DNA of 64,000 nucleotides from an uncultured virus (IMG/VR IMGVR_UViG_3300031455_000002) (Duplodnaviria; Heunggongvirae; Uroviricota; Caudoviricetes), in IMG/VR virus record IMGVR_UViG_3300031455_000002. The stretch is one strand, 5' to 3'. Each line of letters starts with the position of its first letter. Position 1 is the first letter of the stretch. This document shows, piece by piece, positions 9,657-18,851 of the stretch. A program made the position numbers and the translations under genes. Under the pieces are notes generated by a model, which was not told where the DNA came from, made no database searches, and saw only the letters and a list, made by a program, of their open reading frames with translations.

Positions 9657-10039
9657 TCAATCCACTCAGGGTCGACCTCGAGCGGCAGTTGTTCGGTGGG
9701 CACCCCCACCGCCTTGAGTACGTCGCGTAACGTTTTCCATTCCCTAGAAATGATCTCGTCGGTGTACTCGTCCTCCGAGTCGCTCTCGATGCCCCCGAGG
9801 CCGGCGCTTGTGAGCACCTGCGGGATCTCCTCGATGTCGACATCCGCTTCGGCTCGTGCTCGAACGAACGTGAACTCCTCGAGCTCGTAGGCGGCCCGGC
9901 GCTCCTCAAGCCCCTCGTGCTCGAGGTATCCGGCGCTCGCGTCCGGGTCGGGCTCCACGACCACGCGCACGGCGCGCAGCTCCACCGTCGGCCTACGGGG
10001 GGCCTCGACGACCGTTCGGCGTCGGGTGGGGAGGCTCAT
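9644..10039 (-). CDS. Acidic phage protein with basic RRRTVVEAPRRP leader
   Basis: SAGLGGIESDS motif; leader resembles the polyprotein linkers. Confidence 0.7.
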   Translation of the reverse strand: MSLPTRRRTVVEAPRRPTVELRAVRVVVEPDPDASAGYLEHEGLEERRAAYELEEFTFVRARAEADVDIEEIPQVLTSAGLGGIESDSEDEYTDEIISREWKTLRDVLKAVGVPTEQLPLEVDPEWIEWRM

Positions 10040-10095
10040 CTTGTCCTGGGTAGCATCACGTTTTTTTCGGTAGAAATCAAGCCCCAAGAAAAGTC

Positions 10096-10124
10096 TTGAA
10101 AAGGGCCGCAAGTTGAGCTACATC
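10096..10124 (+). promoter_or_regulatory. Sigma70-type promoter of the relE-phd pair
   Basis: TTGAAA-N17-TACATC just before the start codon (probably leaderless). Confidence 0.55.
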
Positions 10125-10129
10125 TTTCC

Positions 10130-10435
10130 TTGATGCGGTTCGAAGTTGAATGGGATGAAGAAGCGTTTGAGGATTTCGAACGACTTCGCGCGTACGACAG
10201 GCAGCGAATCTCAGCGACCATCGAGGCGCACTTGATTTTGACGCCGGACGAAGTGCAAGGACCGATCAAATACATTGACACGTTGATCCCTCCGTGGTCG
10301 GAATCTCCCGGGATATGGCAGTTGAGCGTCATCCCATTTCGAATTTTCTACGACGTGTTCCGCGATGAGCGGCGCGTGTACGTGCAAGCGGTGCGGCGCA
10401 AGCCGCACGGGAAACAAACGAAGGACATCCTATGA
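10130..10435 (+). CDS. RelE/ParE-family toxin
   Basis: FEVEWDEEAFEDFERL...WQLSVIPFRIFYDV...VYVQAVRRK. Confidence 0.85.
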   Translation: MMRFEVEWDEEAFEDFERLRAYDRQRISATIEAHLILTPDEVQGPIKYIDTLIPPWSESPGIWQLSVIPFRIFYDVFRDERRVYVQAVRRKPHGKQTKDIL

Positions 10436-10683
10436 TCACCATCGGAGCACGCGAAGCGAAGGACGGTTTCAGCGACGTGTTGGAGAACGCGCAACACGAC
10501 GAGGTCGTTATCACCAAGCACGGCAAGCCGATTGCGATCATTCGCGGTGTAGCGGGCATGGAGCTGGAAGACATCCACTGGGCAACGGATGATGACCTGC
10601 AACGTCAGTTACAGAGAGCTCGTACGCCAGGTCGACGCAAGATCCCGCACGATGAAGTGAAACGTCGACTTGGTTTACGGTAG
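10432..10683 (+). CDS. Phd/YefM-family antitoxin
   Basis: IGAREAKDGFSDVLE...VVITKHGKPIAII. Confidence 0.9.
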   Translation: MITIGAREAKDGFSDVLENAQHDEVVITKHGKPIAIIRGVAGMELEDIHWATDDDLQRQLQRARTPGRRKIPHDEVKRRLGLR

Positions 10684-10791
10684 GGGTTCGCTCTGAGACG
10701 AGAGTGCCCCCCGGGGACCGGAGTCAACCCAGGGGGCGGGACGAGCCGCTTAGGGCTTGCACCAGCCCGGATCTTAGTCTCTAGGGAGACC

Positions 10792-10820
10792 TTGACCGGG
10801 TCCACAAACGTGACTACATT
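10792..10820 (+). promoter_or_regulatory. Sigma70-type promoter of hicBA
   Basis: TTGACC-N17-TACATT. Confidence 0.6.
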
Positions 10821-10829
10821 CGGAGACTC

Positions 10830-11042
10830 ATGCAACTCACGGTTGAATACGACAAGGAAATGGACGGCAGGCATATCGCGCAGGTGCCGGAGCTGCCCGG
10901 TTGTCTCGTGTACGGCGAGACTAGGGCGGAAGCGGACACGCGCGTTCGTGCGTTGGCTCTTCACATTCTTGCCGATCAGGTGGAACACGGTGAACGTTCT
11001 GCGAGAGATATCAGTGAGCTGTACTTCGATCGGGCAGCATGA
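10830..11042 (+). CDS. hicB: HicB-family antitoxin
   Basis: DGRHIAQVPELPGCLVYGETRAEA. Confidence 0.9.
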   Translation: MQLTVEYDKEMDGRHIAQVPELPGCLVYGETRAEADTRVRALALHILADQVEHGERSARDISELYFDRAA

Positions 11043-11251
11043 GTCGGTGGTCGGCGAAAAAAGCCACGCGCGTACTAGCGGCGCTCAAGCGAATCGGTTG
11101 GTACGAAACCCGTGTGACCGGATCGCATCGCACGCTTGAGCGTCAAGGCTGGGCACCTTGTTCATTTTCGTTTCACGACAACGAAGAAATTGGTCCGCGC
11201 ATGTTGGCGAAGATTTCCAAGGAGACCGGTTTGCAACCGGAAGACTTGTGA
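11039..11251 (+). CDS. hicA: HicA-family toxin
   Basis: LKRIGW...GSHRTL...FHDNEEIGPRMLAKI. Confidence 0.9.
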   Translation: MSRWSAKKATRVLAALKRIGWYETRVTGSHRTLERQGWAPCSFSFHDNEEIGPRMLAKISKETGLQPEDL

Positions 11252-11463
11252 GACGCTCAGGCGGAACCAAGGGGCGAACGATGTCATTACGTGATGCCAA
11301 GGCTCGCTTAAGCGAGGCGGTTGACGTTTCTCAAGAGGCGTACGTGCTCATTACACGCCACGGACGTCCCGCCGCCGTACTTATCGGGGTGGCAGACTTT
11401 GATACGTTGGACGTGGCTCAAAAGTTCGCTGGGTTCAGTGCGCGCCGATTACCGTTAGGCTGA
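11248..11463 (+). CDS. Orphan Phd/YefM antitoxin
   Basis: SLRDAKARLSEAVD...VLITRHGRPAAVLIG; start could instead be ATG 11281. Confidence 0.8.
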   Translation: MRRSGGTKGRTMSLRDAKARLSEAVDVSQEAYVLITRHGRPAAVLIGVADFDTLDVAQKFAGFSARRLPLG

Positions 11464-11576
11464 AATCTGGTTTTCGCGCGAGAGATTCCGATGAGACCTC
11501 CGGGGGAGGGGAGGCGGAAGAATTTCGCCGGGGTTGCGGGAAGGTTCTGGGTCGGTGTACAGTAGGTGAATACAAG

Positions 11577-11762
11577 ATGAGCGGCGCCATTATCTACCGC
11601 TTCTGCGACACCTTGATCGCCGCTGCCCACGAGCGACGCGGGATCGACAGGTGGCCGCCAGGTGTCGCGCATCGGGCCGTCGAGGCCGAGCTCAAGGCGC
11701 GTGGGTACAGGATCGTGCAAGGGGAGCGTGGACAGTGGTTTGCGGAGAAGGAGAAGTCATGA
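11577..11762 (+). CDS. Hypothetical protein
   Basis: First gene of a coupled small-gene operon. Confidence 0.55.
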   Translation: MSGAIIYRFCDTLIAAAHERRGIDRWPPGVAHRAVEAELKARGYRIVQGERGQWFAEKEKS

Positions 11763-12071
11763 GTCGTCTTTCGGTTCAACTGGAAACAGTGGGCCCGCGC
11801 CGTCGTGAAGGACCCTTCGAGCCCAACGGCGCTCACCGTGGAGTCTCTCGGTATGCTCACCGGGCAGGACACGCGCGCTCTCGACGCCATTGCGGCGGGC
11901 TGGCAGCTCTACTCCTCTAGCGACGCTGACGGCCAACGTGGTGCACTCGATGCGGTTCGGGCGTTATTGCTGACGATGCAGCCGAAGACCCGTTGGGTGG
12001 CGCGGGAGCTTATCCCATTCGCGATGGACTGGAGCGACCGGGAGCGTTTGTGGCCGTTCGTGCAGCCGTAG
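11759..12071 (+). pseudogene. Hypothetical gene with probable 1-nt frameshift near its start
   Basis: ATG AGT CGT CTT(T)CGG TTC AAC TGG; removing one T joins MSRL to RFNWKQWARAVVKDP... Confidence 0.45.
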
Positions 12072-12147
12072 ATTTCCTGGACACCGCTCACGACCCGGTG
12101 TACGACAGGTGAGCAGCTCGAGAATGGCTTCGGCCAGGAGGTTTCAG

Positions 12148-12312
12148 ATGGACGTTTCGAAGATGACGAGGATGCAGGCGGAGCGTGCGGTGGCGAAGAC
12201 GACGGATCTGGACGTGCTCAAGAAGCTCGGGGACCACAAGAACAAGCACGTGCGGGCGAAGGCGGCTCACAAGTACGCGCGCATCGGGGTTACGACCGAG
12301 GCGGAAGCGTGA
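12148..12312 (+). CDS. Small basic protein
   Basis: AGGAGG RBS; MDVSKMTR. Confidence 0.6.
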   Translation: MDVSKMTRMQAERAVAKTTDLDVLKKLGDHKNKHVRAKAAHKYARIGVTTEAEA

Positions 12313-12605
12313 ACAAGCTAGCCGAGAATATCCTGAAGGCCGCCGCTGATCTCGATAGGGCCGATCGTGCCCGACAGATCATCGCCGAGATACGTCAGAA
12401 TCCGGCGCCGCTGAGAGTTTCATGGGAAGGTTCGGTGCCGGACCAAGATTTGCGGGAACTATGTCGAGATGCGCTTGCTAACGCGACGAACGCGCACAGA
12501 GACGCGATTCTCCTGGACGCCGACACGGCGCTCACGAAGATGAGTCGCGACGCGATCGATACGTTGCGCGCGGTCTGGTTAGGCGTGGGGGATCATGAAC
12601 TATGA
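12309..12605 (+). CDS. Hypothetical protein
   Basis: GTGA/ATGA coupling. Confidence 0.6.
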   Translation: MNKLAENILKAAADLDRADRARQIIAEIRQNPAPLRVSWEGSVPDQDLRELCRDALANATNAHRDAILLDADTALTKMSRDAIDTLRAVWLGVGDHEL

Positions 12606-12865
12606 AAACGATCTACAAGTACAAGCTCCAGTCTCTCTCCGGTCAGCGCGTAGACATCCCAAGGAACGCACATTTCCTCTCCGTCCAGGAGCAACACGGT
12701 GAGCCTGTGATGTGGTGGCTCGTCGATACGGATTATCCGCCTGAGGCACATCGTTTTGCGATCTACGGAACCGGCCACTATATGCCAGACTCGCCCGGAG
12801 CGTACCTGGGTACGTTTCAGGTTCGCGACGGTGAGCTCGTTTTCCACCTGTTCGAGGTTACGTGA
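12602..12865 (+). CDS. Conserved small phage protein
   Basis: MKTIYKY...LSVQEQHG...WWLVD...YGTGH...YLGTFQ...LVFHLFE pattern. Confidence 0.75.
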   Translation: MKTIYKYKLQSLSGQRVDIPRNAHFLSVQEQHGEPVMWWLVDTDYPPEAHRFAIYGTGHYMPDSPGAYLGTFQVRDGELVFHLFEVT

Positions 12866-13059
12866 GCTCCGTCCCGTGCAAAACATGCGGTACACCCACG
12901 CACATGAAGGGGACCCAGCTCTGCGATCCGTGCTGGGAGGTGGAGCGACGCCTCGAGAACTATCTCCACCGCGGAGGTACGAACGCGCGCGAGTTCGTGG
13001 CATCGGCGCTCGCTCAGGCGGCTACGGAAGCTTGGACGAAGTGGAAAGAGGACACGTGA
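12862..13059 (+). CDS. Zn-ribbon small protein
   Basis: CKTCG...LCDPCWEVE. Confidence 0.65.
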   Translation: MSSVPCKTCGTPTHMKGTQLCDPCWEVERRLENYLHRGGTNAREFVASALAQAATEAWTKWKEDT

Positions 13060-13280
13060 CCAAGAAGATTCTCGCTGATGATCTCTCGATCGTTCAGGCC
13101 CACTGCGATGACGAATACACGACTCTTCTCACTACAGATCCGCTCAACCCTCAATACGTCGACCTGAAACTCGTTGCTATCGAAGTCGATTCCATGCGCG
13201 ATCAAGGATGGGGTGTGCTGTGGCAGGAAATTTGTTCCTCCCACGTCTTTACCGTACTAGGTCGCCGGAGAACACGATGA
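13056..13280 (+). CDS. Hypothetical protein
   Basis: GTG coupled to the previous stop. Confidence 0.55.
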   Translation: MTKKILADDLSIVQAHCDDEYTTLLTTDPLNPQYVDLKLVAIEVDSMRDQGWGVLWQEICSSHVFTVLGRRRTR

Positions 13281-13669
13281 CCTCAACCCTCCTCGCCGAG
13301 CTCTCGACCGTGTTCTCGCTCGAGGCGTTCGAGGTCGACCTTCGCGGCGACCAAGACGAAGCCGACAGGCTCTGGGACATCGCGGAAGAACTGAGTCAAC
13401 GAAGCAAGGAAAGAACGATGAAGCGATCCTTTCAGAAATTCGAGAAGCGTCTTCAAGCGAGCGCTCTCCACGCCGAGGTCACGAGGCGCGCCCTTGTGCA
13501 TCACGTGACGCTCCAGGATCTGTACGAGGGCGCCGACCGATCGCCTTCGGTCTCAGCGGCGCGCCAGGCGGTCTACATGCGTCTCTGGCGCCTAGGCAAG
13601 GGCGTGAACGAGATCGCGAGGCTGTTCGACCGCGCGCCGAGTGGCGTGTGGAGGATGTTGCACCGATGA
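13277..13669 (+). CDS. HTH protein resembling the DnaA C-terminal domain
   Basis: RSPSVSAARQAVYMRL...EIARLFDRAPSGV. Confidence 0.6.
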   Translation: MTSTLLAELSTVFSLEAFEVDLRGDQDEADRLWDIAEELSQRSKERTMKRSFQKFEKRLQASALHAEVTRRALVHHVTLQDLYEGADRSPSVSAARQAVYMRLWRLGKGVNEIARLFDRAPSGVWRMLHR

Positions 13670-13995
13670 TCCTGTGGTCTTTCGGCTGGTCCCTCGTCGG
13701 GTTCGGATTCGCGTACGGCATCGCGCACGGGCAGCTATGGGCCGTCGGTGTCGGTTTGGTCGGTGCGGTCGTCGTGGCGATGGTGCATGCGGAGCGGGCA
13801 GCGGTGAGGTGGTGGAAGGTGAAACCTCCGATCGATGATGAGTTCTTGGTGCTCGTCGCTGGCGGTCGGATAGTGACGACTTCAGCACTGCCGCGTGCCG
13901 CCGACTGGTACGCAGTGTGGCCTGGCGTCTTGTGGAAAGAGATGCGCAAGGAGCTCGAGACCAAAGGGTTCAATTGCACGATGGAGACCCTATGA
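13666..13995 (+). CDS. Two-TM membrane protein
   Basis: Two hydrophobic N-terminal segments; coupled to neighbours. Confidence 0.55.
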   Translation: MILWSFGWSLVGFGFAYGIAHGQLWAVGVGLVGAVVVAMVHAERAAVRWWKVKPPIDDEFLVLVAGGRIVTTSALPRAADWYAVWPGVLWKEMRKELETKGFNCTMETL

Positions 13996-14603
13996 ACACG
14001 ACCCAACTTATAGTTCGCAAGCTCCTCGAGAAAGCCAGTTGGCTCGAGTGGTCCGTCCAAGGACTCGGCATGCTCCGTACCTACCTGTCGAGGGAGACGC
14101 GGCTCCATGTCTGGCACTCGGCCTTCAAGGTGCCGAACGTGTCGACGATCCACGATCACCCGTGGGACTTCGAGTCCCGTGTGATCGTCGGCCGGATCAC
14201 GAACCGTGTCTACGGTAGAGACCTGTCTCTGGATCCGTCGCACACTTTGGCGCGAATCAAGTGTGGTGAAGGAGGTGGTCTCATCCCGGGTTCCGAGGAA
14301 AGTCTAGGACTCCGGCTGGTCTCTGAGGAGACGTACACGCCCGGCGAGATGTACGACGAGATAGCCGACGTGCTACACGAGTCGGTTCCCGAAGACGGCA
14401 CCGTGACGATCGTCACGCGCCGTTTCCGTCGAGACACGGAGCACGCTCGAGTTTGCTACCCGATCGGCACGTCGTGGGTGAGCGCGGAGCCGAGGCCGGC
14501 GACGGCCGATGAGATCGCTACGGGTGTGAAGGCGGCGCTGGAGCTTCCTCGACTGGCTTTCGGAGAAGAAAGACGTAACGCTCGCGATCAGACACGAGCA
14601 TGA
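13992..14603 (+). CDS. Cupin-like protein
   Basis: RLHVW...TIHDHPWDFES...LHES metal-binding pattern. Confidence 0.7.
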   Translation: MNTTQLIVRKLLEKASWLEWSVQGLGMLRTYLSRETRLHVWHSAFKVPNVSTIHDHPWDFESRVIVGRITNRVYGRDLSLDPSHTLARIKCGEGGGLIPGSEESLGLRLVSEETYTPGEMYDEIADVLHESVPEDGTVTIVTRRFRRDTEHARVCYPIGTSWVSAEPRPATADEIATGVKAALELPRLAFGEERRNARDQTRA

Positions 14604-14769
14604 TGAACATTGCTGCAACGATCGGGGGCTATTTTCCTGCGACTACCGCATGGACGAGTTGATGCCAGGAAACTTCCGTGTCGAGGATCTTCTGGCAGAG
14701 TTCTTCGAGATCGACCGAAAGAAGATCGAGGACGAGAAGCAGACGATGCTAGAGGAGCTCCGCAAGTGA
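14542..14769 (+). pseudogene. 5'-truncated phage gene fragment
   Basis: Start-less frame SFLDWLSEKK...EDLLAEFFEIDRKKIEDEKQTMLEELRK* whose stop overlaps the dam GTG. Confidence 0.55.
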
Positions 14770-15584
14770 TCGCGCATCCATTTTGTAAATGGGCTGGCGG
14801 GAAGACCAAGCTCCTCACCGAGATCCTCCCCCGCCTCCCCGACAAGATCAAAACCTACTACGAACCCTTCGTCGGTGCAGGCGCCGTGTTCTTCGCGCTC
14901 GCGAACGAGAAACGTTTCCAGCACGCCGTCATCGGGGACTCGAACGCCGACCTGATGCTCACGTACACGACGTTGCGATCGAACCCCGCCGGCGTGATCG
15001 CCGAACTCGGTAAGCACGTGTGGCCGCACTCCGAGGACTACTACTACAAGGTGCGCGCGAGCAACCCGAAGGATGACGCGGTGCGATCCGCCAGGTTCAT
15101 CTACCTGAACAGAACCTGCTTCAACGGCCTCTATCGCGTCAACAAGAAGGGCGAGTTCAACGTTCCGTTCGGCAAGTACACGAACCCTACGATCTGCGAC
15201 ACGGAGACGCTTCGAGCTGCGTCGGGGGCACTCAAGAACACAAAGATGTTGTGGGGCGACTTCGAAGGCGTGGTCTCCTTCGCGATGAAGGGCGACGCGG
15301 TCTATTTCGATTCTCCGTACGCACCCGTGTCGGAGACAGCAGACTTCACCTCCTACACGAAGGAAGGGTTCGGTTACAACGAGCAAGAACGTTTAGCCAA
15401 GATAGCTCAGAGACTCATCGACCGCGGTGTACACGTGCTCCTCAGCAACGCCGACACGCCGTTCGTGCGGAAGCTCTACAAGGAGTTCAAGCTCGAGGAG
15501 GTGTCGGCGCCCAGGAGGATCAACTCGAAGGGCGGGAAACGAGGGAACGTGGGGGAGTTGTTGATCTCAGGAGGTTCACGATGA
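14766..15584 (+). CDS. dam: Dam-family DNA adenine methyltransferase
   Basis: KWAGGK, YYEPFVGAGAV, YLNRTCFNGLYRVN and YFDSPY (DPPY variant). Confidence 0.93.
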   Translation: MIAHPFCKWAGGKTKLLTEILPRLPDKIKTYYEPFVGAGAVFFALANEKRFQHAVIGDSNADLMLTYTTLRSNPAGVIAELGKHVWPHSEDYYYKVRASNPKDDAVRSARFIYLNRTCFNGLYRVNKKGEFNVPFGKYTNPTICDTETLRAASGALKNTKMLWGDFEGVVSFAMKGDAVYFDSPYAPVSETADFTSYTKEGFGYNEQERLAKIAQRLIDRGVHVLLSNADTPFVRKLYKEFKLEEVSAPRRINSKGGKRGNVGELLISGGSR

Positions 15585-15928
15585 CGAGAGATGCCGCACT
15601 AGCGTGGATTCGCGCTCACGAGACGGATAGCAACGAAGAGGCAGCTCAAGCGCTTCTCGCCCTGCTCGACGAAGAGACGAGCGTCCTACGTGATTACTAC
15701 CGGAGCAGGATCGATGAACTTCGGCAACCAGCTACGGTACCTCTCGGTGGGTCACCTCCTTGGACGATTTTCGCTGAGACGTCACCCAGAAAATGTAAGA
15801 AGGTTCCGGATGGTGTCGTAGAGGAAGTGGTTCGAAGTGTGAACGCCGGAACAATGACCGTGGAGCAGGCGCTGAGCGTCTTTTCGATCATGAACTGTCA
15901 AATCTGTCATGAGGCGAGATTTATCTGA
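15581..15928 (+). CDS. Hypothetical protein
   Basis: AGGAGG RBS; MTRDAALAW. Confidence 0.55.
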   Translation: MTRDAALAWIRAHETDSNEEAAQALLALLDEETSVLRDYYRSRIDELRQPATVPLGGSPPWTIFAETSPRKCKKVPDGVVEEVVRSVNAGTMTVEQALSVFSIMNCQICHEARFI

Positions 15929-16149
15929 AAGAAGAGACGAACGTTTGCGGCGCCTGTGTCCTGATCGCGTTTCAAGCGGTCGCTTCGACTTTGCGCGAAG
16001 GGGTCGATAGACTTACGCAACCATTCAAAGGTCACTACGATCCGATCACAGATTTACCTGTCGTAGGTGAAATTCGGATCAAAACCAACTGGCACGCCGA
16101 TTCGCAGATGACCTATGAATCCCTTCGTGAATCAAGGCGCACCGAATGA
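15890..16149 (+). pseudogene. Frameshifted Zn-ribbon gene
   Basis: MNCQICHEA continues in the -1 frame as EIYLKEETNVCGAC...RRTE*. Confidence 0.45.
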
Positions 16150-16271
16150 ACCGCTGGCTACTCGCAATCCGCCGCCTCCTGTGCTCACACACCCGCCGTC
16201 ACTGGATCCACGGCGGCGGGTGGTCTCGCTGGGTCTGTCGGGATTGCTGGTACAACGAATGGGAGGCGTGA
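16146..16271 (+). CDS. Small Cys-containing protein
   Basis: MNRWLLAIRRLLCSH...CRDCW; coupled on both sides. Confidence 0.55.
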   Translation: MNRWLLAIRRLLCSHTRRHWIHGGGWSRWVCRDCWYNEWEA

Positions 16272-16507
16272 TGAATCAAGAACTTTGGAAACAGGTCGAA
16301 GCCCGTGTGATGGCAATACGGACAATCAGGGCAGCGATGCTGCCGTTAGACGAGGACGACCGTCGCTCAGTACTGCTGGACGCTCTTCTCGAGTTTGCCC
16401 CAGAGATGTTTGCTCTGTTGCAGAACGCGGAGCGTGTTCGTCAGGAGCGAGATCACTACCGTGAGAAGACGCTGGGGATGTTCCCTGAACCTCTGACAAA
16501 GCCATGA
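16271..16507 (+). CDS. Hypothetical protein
   Basis: GGAGG RBS; TGATG coupling. Confidence 0.55.
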   Translation: MNQELWKQVEARVMAIRTIRAAMLPLDEDDRRSVLLDALLEFAPEMFALLQNAERVRQERDHYREKTLGMFPEPLTKP

Positions 16508-16716
16508 GAATCCGCCGCACCGAAAACAACGGCGTCCGCCTCGAGATGTCTGGTGCCGAAGCCAAGGCGCTCCTGGATGAGCTCCTGGATGTACCTGGCG
16601 GGTCCCGCATGCCGAAAATCAGCCAAGCGTGTCGGATGCTCGGTCTATGGCGAAAATTCGGGGAAGATCCGGGTGAAGATCCGCGTAACGTTGCTCGTCG
16701 GAAAAAGAAGGAATAG
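16504..16716 (+). CDS. Hypothetical protein
   Basis: ATGA coupling. Confidence 0.55.
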   Translation: MRIRRTENNGVRLEMSGAEAKALLDELLDVPGGSRMPKISQACRMLGLWRKFGEDPGEDPRNVARRKKKE

Positions 16717-16724
16717 GTTTTCAG

Positions 16725-17375
16725 ATGAAGTCAACGATTTTGGCTGCTTTTTTGATCGGGTGCGGCGGTAGCTCCTTCGATGCCAGCTTCGGGGCTGGCG
16801 ACGACGAGGACGGTGGGGCCCTACACGACGACGCGGGCGCTCTGGGCGATGCGGATCCGCTCCCCGATGGTGGGAGCCTCGGGGCCGGCGGTTCGGGCTC
16901 TGGGGGACGCTCCGAGGCCGGGGGCGCTGGCTCCGGGGGACGCTCCGAGGCCGGGGGCGCTGGCTCCGGGGGACGCTCCGAGGCCGGGGGCGCCTCCTCT
17001 AGTGGAGGGGCAGCCGCGGGCGGAGAGGTCGGGACCGGGGGGGTCACGGTCGGGGCCGGGGGCGCGCCGGCCGCTGGCGGGGCTCCGGCGGCGGGAGGAG
17101 CCCTCATCATCGAGTGCGTACCAGGGCACCGCTCGTGCGCAAATGGCACGCAACCACAAGTCTGCGGGGCTGATGGCAGATGGGCACAGGAAACCGCTTG
17201 TGATCGCTCGCAGGATCAAGGGTGCATCGACGGGGCATGCGTCAAGTTGTGCTGCGTAGGAAGCGGGAGTTCTTCCCCTTGTCTCCAGTGTTGTTGCGAT
17301 GTTGATGCCTACTGCTACGTCGCTTCGGCGTCTGGAGGTATCCTGGGGCCAGGAACCATCACTGCGTGTAGGTGA
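16725..17375 (+). CDS. Gly-rich, Cys-rich lipoprotein
   Basis: Lipobox LIGC; three 33-bp SGGRSEAGGAG repeats; Cys-rich C-terminus. Confidence 0.8.
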   Translation: MKSTILAAFLIGCGGSSFDASFGAGDDEDGGALHDDAGALGDADPLPDGGSLGAGGSGSGGRSEAGGAGSGGRSEAGGAGSGGRSEAGGASSSGGAAAGGEVGTGGVTVGAGGAPAAGGAPAAGGALIIECVPGHRSCANGTQPQVCGADGRWAQETACDRSQDQGCIDGACVKLCCVGSGSSSPCLQCCCDVDAYCYVASASGGILGPGTITACR

Positions 17376-17424
17376 CGAAATCCGCCGGTTTACCTAACCG
17401 GCCCGTCAGTGCTACCTTGACGGC

Positions 17425-17820
17425 ATGATCGCATACGACCTGGAGTTCGGCCCCAAAACCGACGAGGCCCACAAGAAGATCATCTACGGGCTCTTCGCAC
17501 CGCGTCAGCTCCTGAGTCTGTACCGGATCGCCAGGCGCCAGCACGGGACGCCCGATCTGGCAATGGTGCTCCCGCCGAACACGGATCCAAGCCATATCTA
17601 CGCCGGCCCGCGCGCGGACATGAGTGTGCACCTGCGAGAGAAGTTCAAGTTCCCTGCGCCGCTCCTGTCAGCGCAGAAGGTGATGCAGCTCCCGCACGAT
17701 CATGATGCCTTCTGGCTGATCATCTTCCTGCCGAACTGCGACATCCCGGTCATGGTCACCATGTACCCGCTCGAGTACGAGCGAGCTGCCGAAGGGGAGC
17801 AGCTCGTCGGTCAGGCCTGA
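17425..17820 (+). CDS. Hypothetical protein
   Basis: Clean GC3-biased ORF. Confidence 0.65.
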   Translation: MIAYDLEFGPKTDEAHKKIIYGLFAPRQLLSLYRIARRQHGTPDLAMVLPPNTDPSHIYAGPRADMSVHLREKFKFPAPLLSAQKVMQLPHDHDAFWLIIFLPNCDIPVMVTMYPLEYERAAEGEQLVGQA

Positions 17821-17823
17821 ACC

Positions 17824-18060
17824 GTGGCGAGCGCTCGCACAGGGATCTGGAGCGCGGTCGGCGCATTTGTCCTAGGGACCGTGGGTGCGCTCGCTGGGCG
17901 TGAGGTCGCCAAGGCACATCCTGGTGTTCGCTACGCCGTGCGGCGTCGGAGCGGTCACGTGACCGATGTTATGGTTGCCGGAGGCGCCGCGGGCGCTGTG
18001 GTCGGGGCTTTCATCGGAGGGGCGCTGGCTGGTGATACTCCGGCGTTGCCGCCGAAATGA
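17824..18060 (+). CDS. Small two-TM protein (holin or virion membrane candidate)
   Basis: Two Gly/Ala-rich hydrophobic segments; directly upstream of the endolysin. Confidence 0.55.
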   Translation: MASARTGIWSAVGAFVLGTVGALAGREVAKAHPGVRYAVRRRSGHVTDVMVAGGAAGAVVGAFIGGALAGDTPALPPK

Positions 18061-18851
18061 TGCTCGCGATCTTGCGCGTCGGCGCGAACGGACCTCTCGT
18101 CGAGTCCGTGCAGTTGTTCCTTCGCGGCATCGACATGTATCTGGGCCCGGTTGACGGCGCGTTCGGACCGAAGACGAAAGCAGCGGTGCAGACATGGCAA
18201 CGCGCTCGAGGGATCCAGGACGACGGTGTAATTGGCAACGTCACCTGGGGCTCGTTCATGTCTGCCGGGTTGTCGATGATCCCTCCTGACGATCCCGACG
18301 ATGACAAGACCGGCGCCAACTGGCCACCGAAACCAGTAGGACTGCGTTCGCTCAACGCTTCTCAGCGCCAGCAGATTTTCGGAGATCTTGTCACTGAACC
18401 AAATCCGATACCGGGTAACCCGGAGAACTGCCGCGTAATCCGGAAGGGATCTGAGTACCGAATCGTCGAGGTCGAGTTACCTCTTCTGATCGGTGTGGCT
18501 GGGTTTCCGAAATCGGGCAAGGTGTTTTTCCACGCGAAAGGCGCGCGGCAACTGCAATCACTCGTGCAGTCGTGGCACGACGCAGGTCTTCTTGATCGCG
18601 TGCTGACGTGGGGAGGATCGCTCGCCGTACGTTACGTTCGAGGCTCGAACACGACGTTGTCGCCTCATGCTTGGGGGTCATCCTTCGACATCAACGTGGC
18701 GTGGAATGGTCTCGGGCGGCAACCTGCGCTCGTCGGACGGCAAGGATCTGTGCGCGAGTTGGTACAAATCGCGAACGCTCAGAAATGGTTCTGGGGGGGC
18801 CACTTTTCTAGGCTTGATGGCATGCACCTCGAGATGGCGGAAATCCGATGA
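18057..18851 (+). CDS. Endolysin: peptidoglycan-binding domain + M15 peptidase
   Basis: VDGAFGPKTKAAV...DGVIGNVTW; LSPHAWGSSFDIN; DGMHLE. Confidence 0.9.
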   Translation: MMLAILRVGANGPLVESVQLFLRGIDMYLGPVDGAFGPKTKAAVQTWQRARGIQDDGVIGNVTWGSFMSAGLSMIPPDDPDDDKTGANWPPKPVGLRSLNASQRQQIFGDLVTEPNPIPGNPENCRVIRKGSEYRIVEVELPLLIGVAGFPKSGKVFFHAKGARQLQSLVQSWHDAGLLDRVLTWGGSLAVRYVRGSNTTLSPHAWGSSFDINVAWNGLGRQPALVGRQGSVRELVQIANAQKWFWGGHFSRLDGMHLEMAEIR

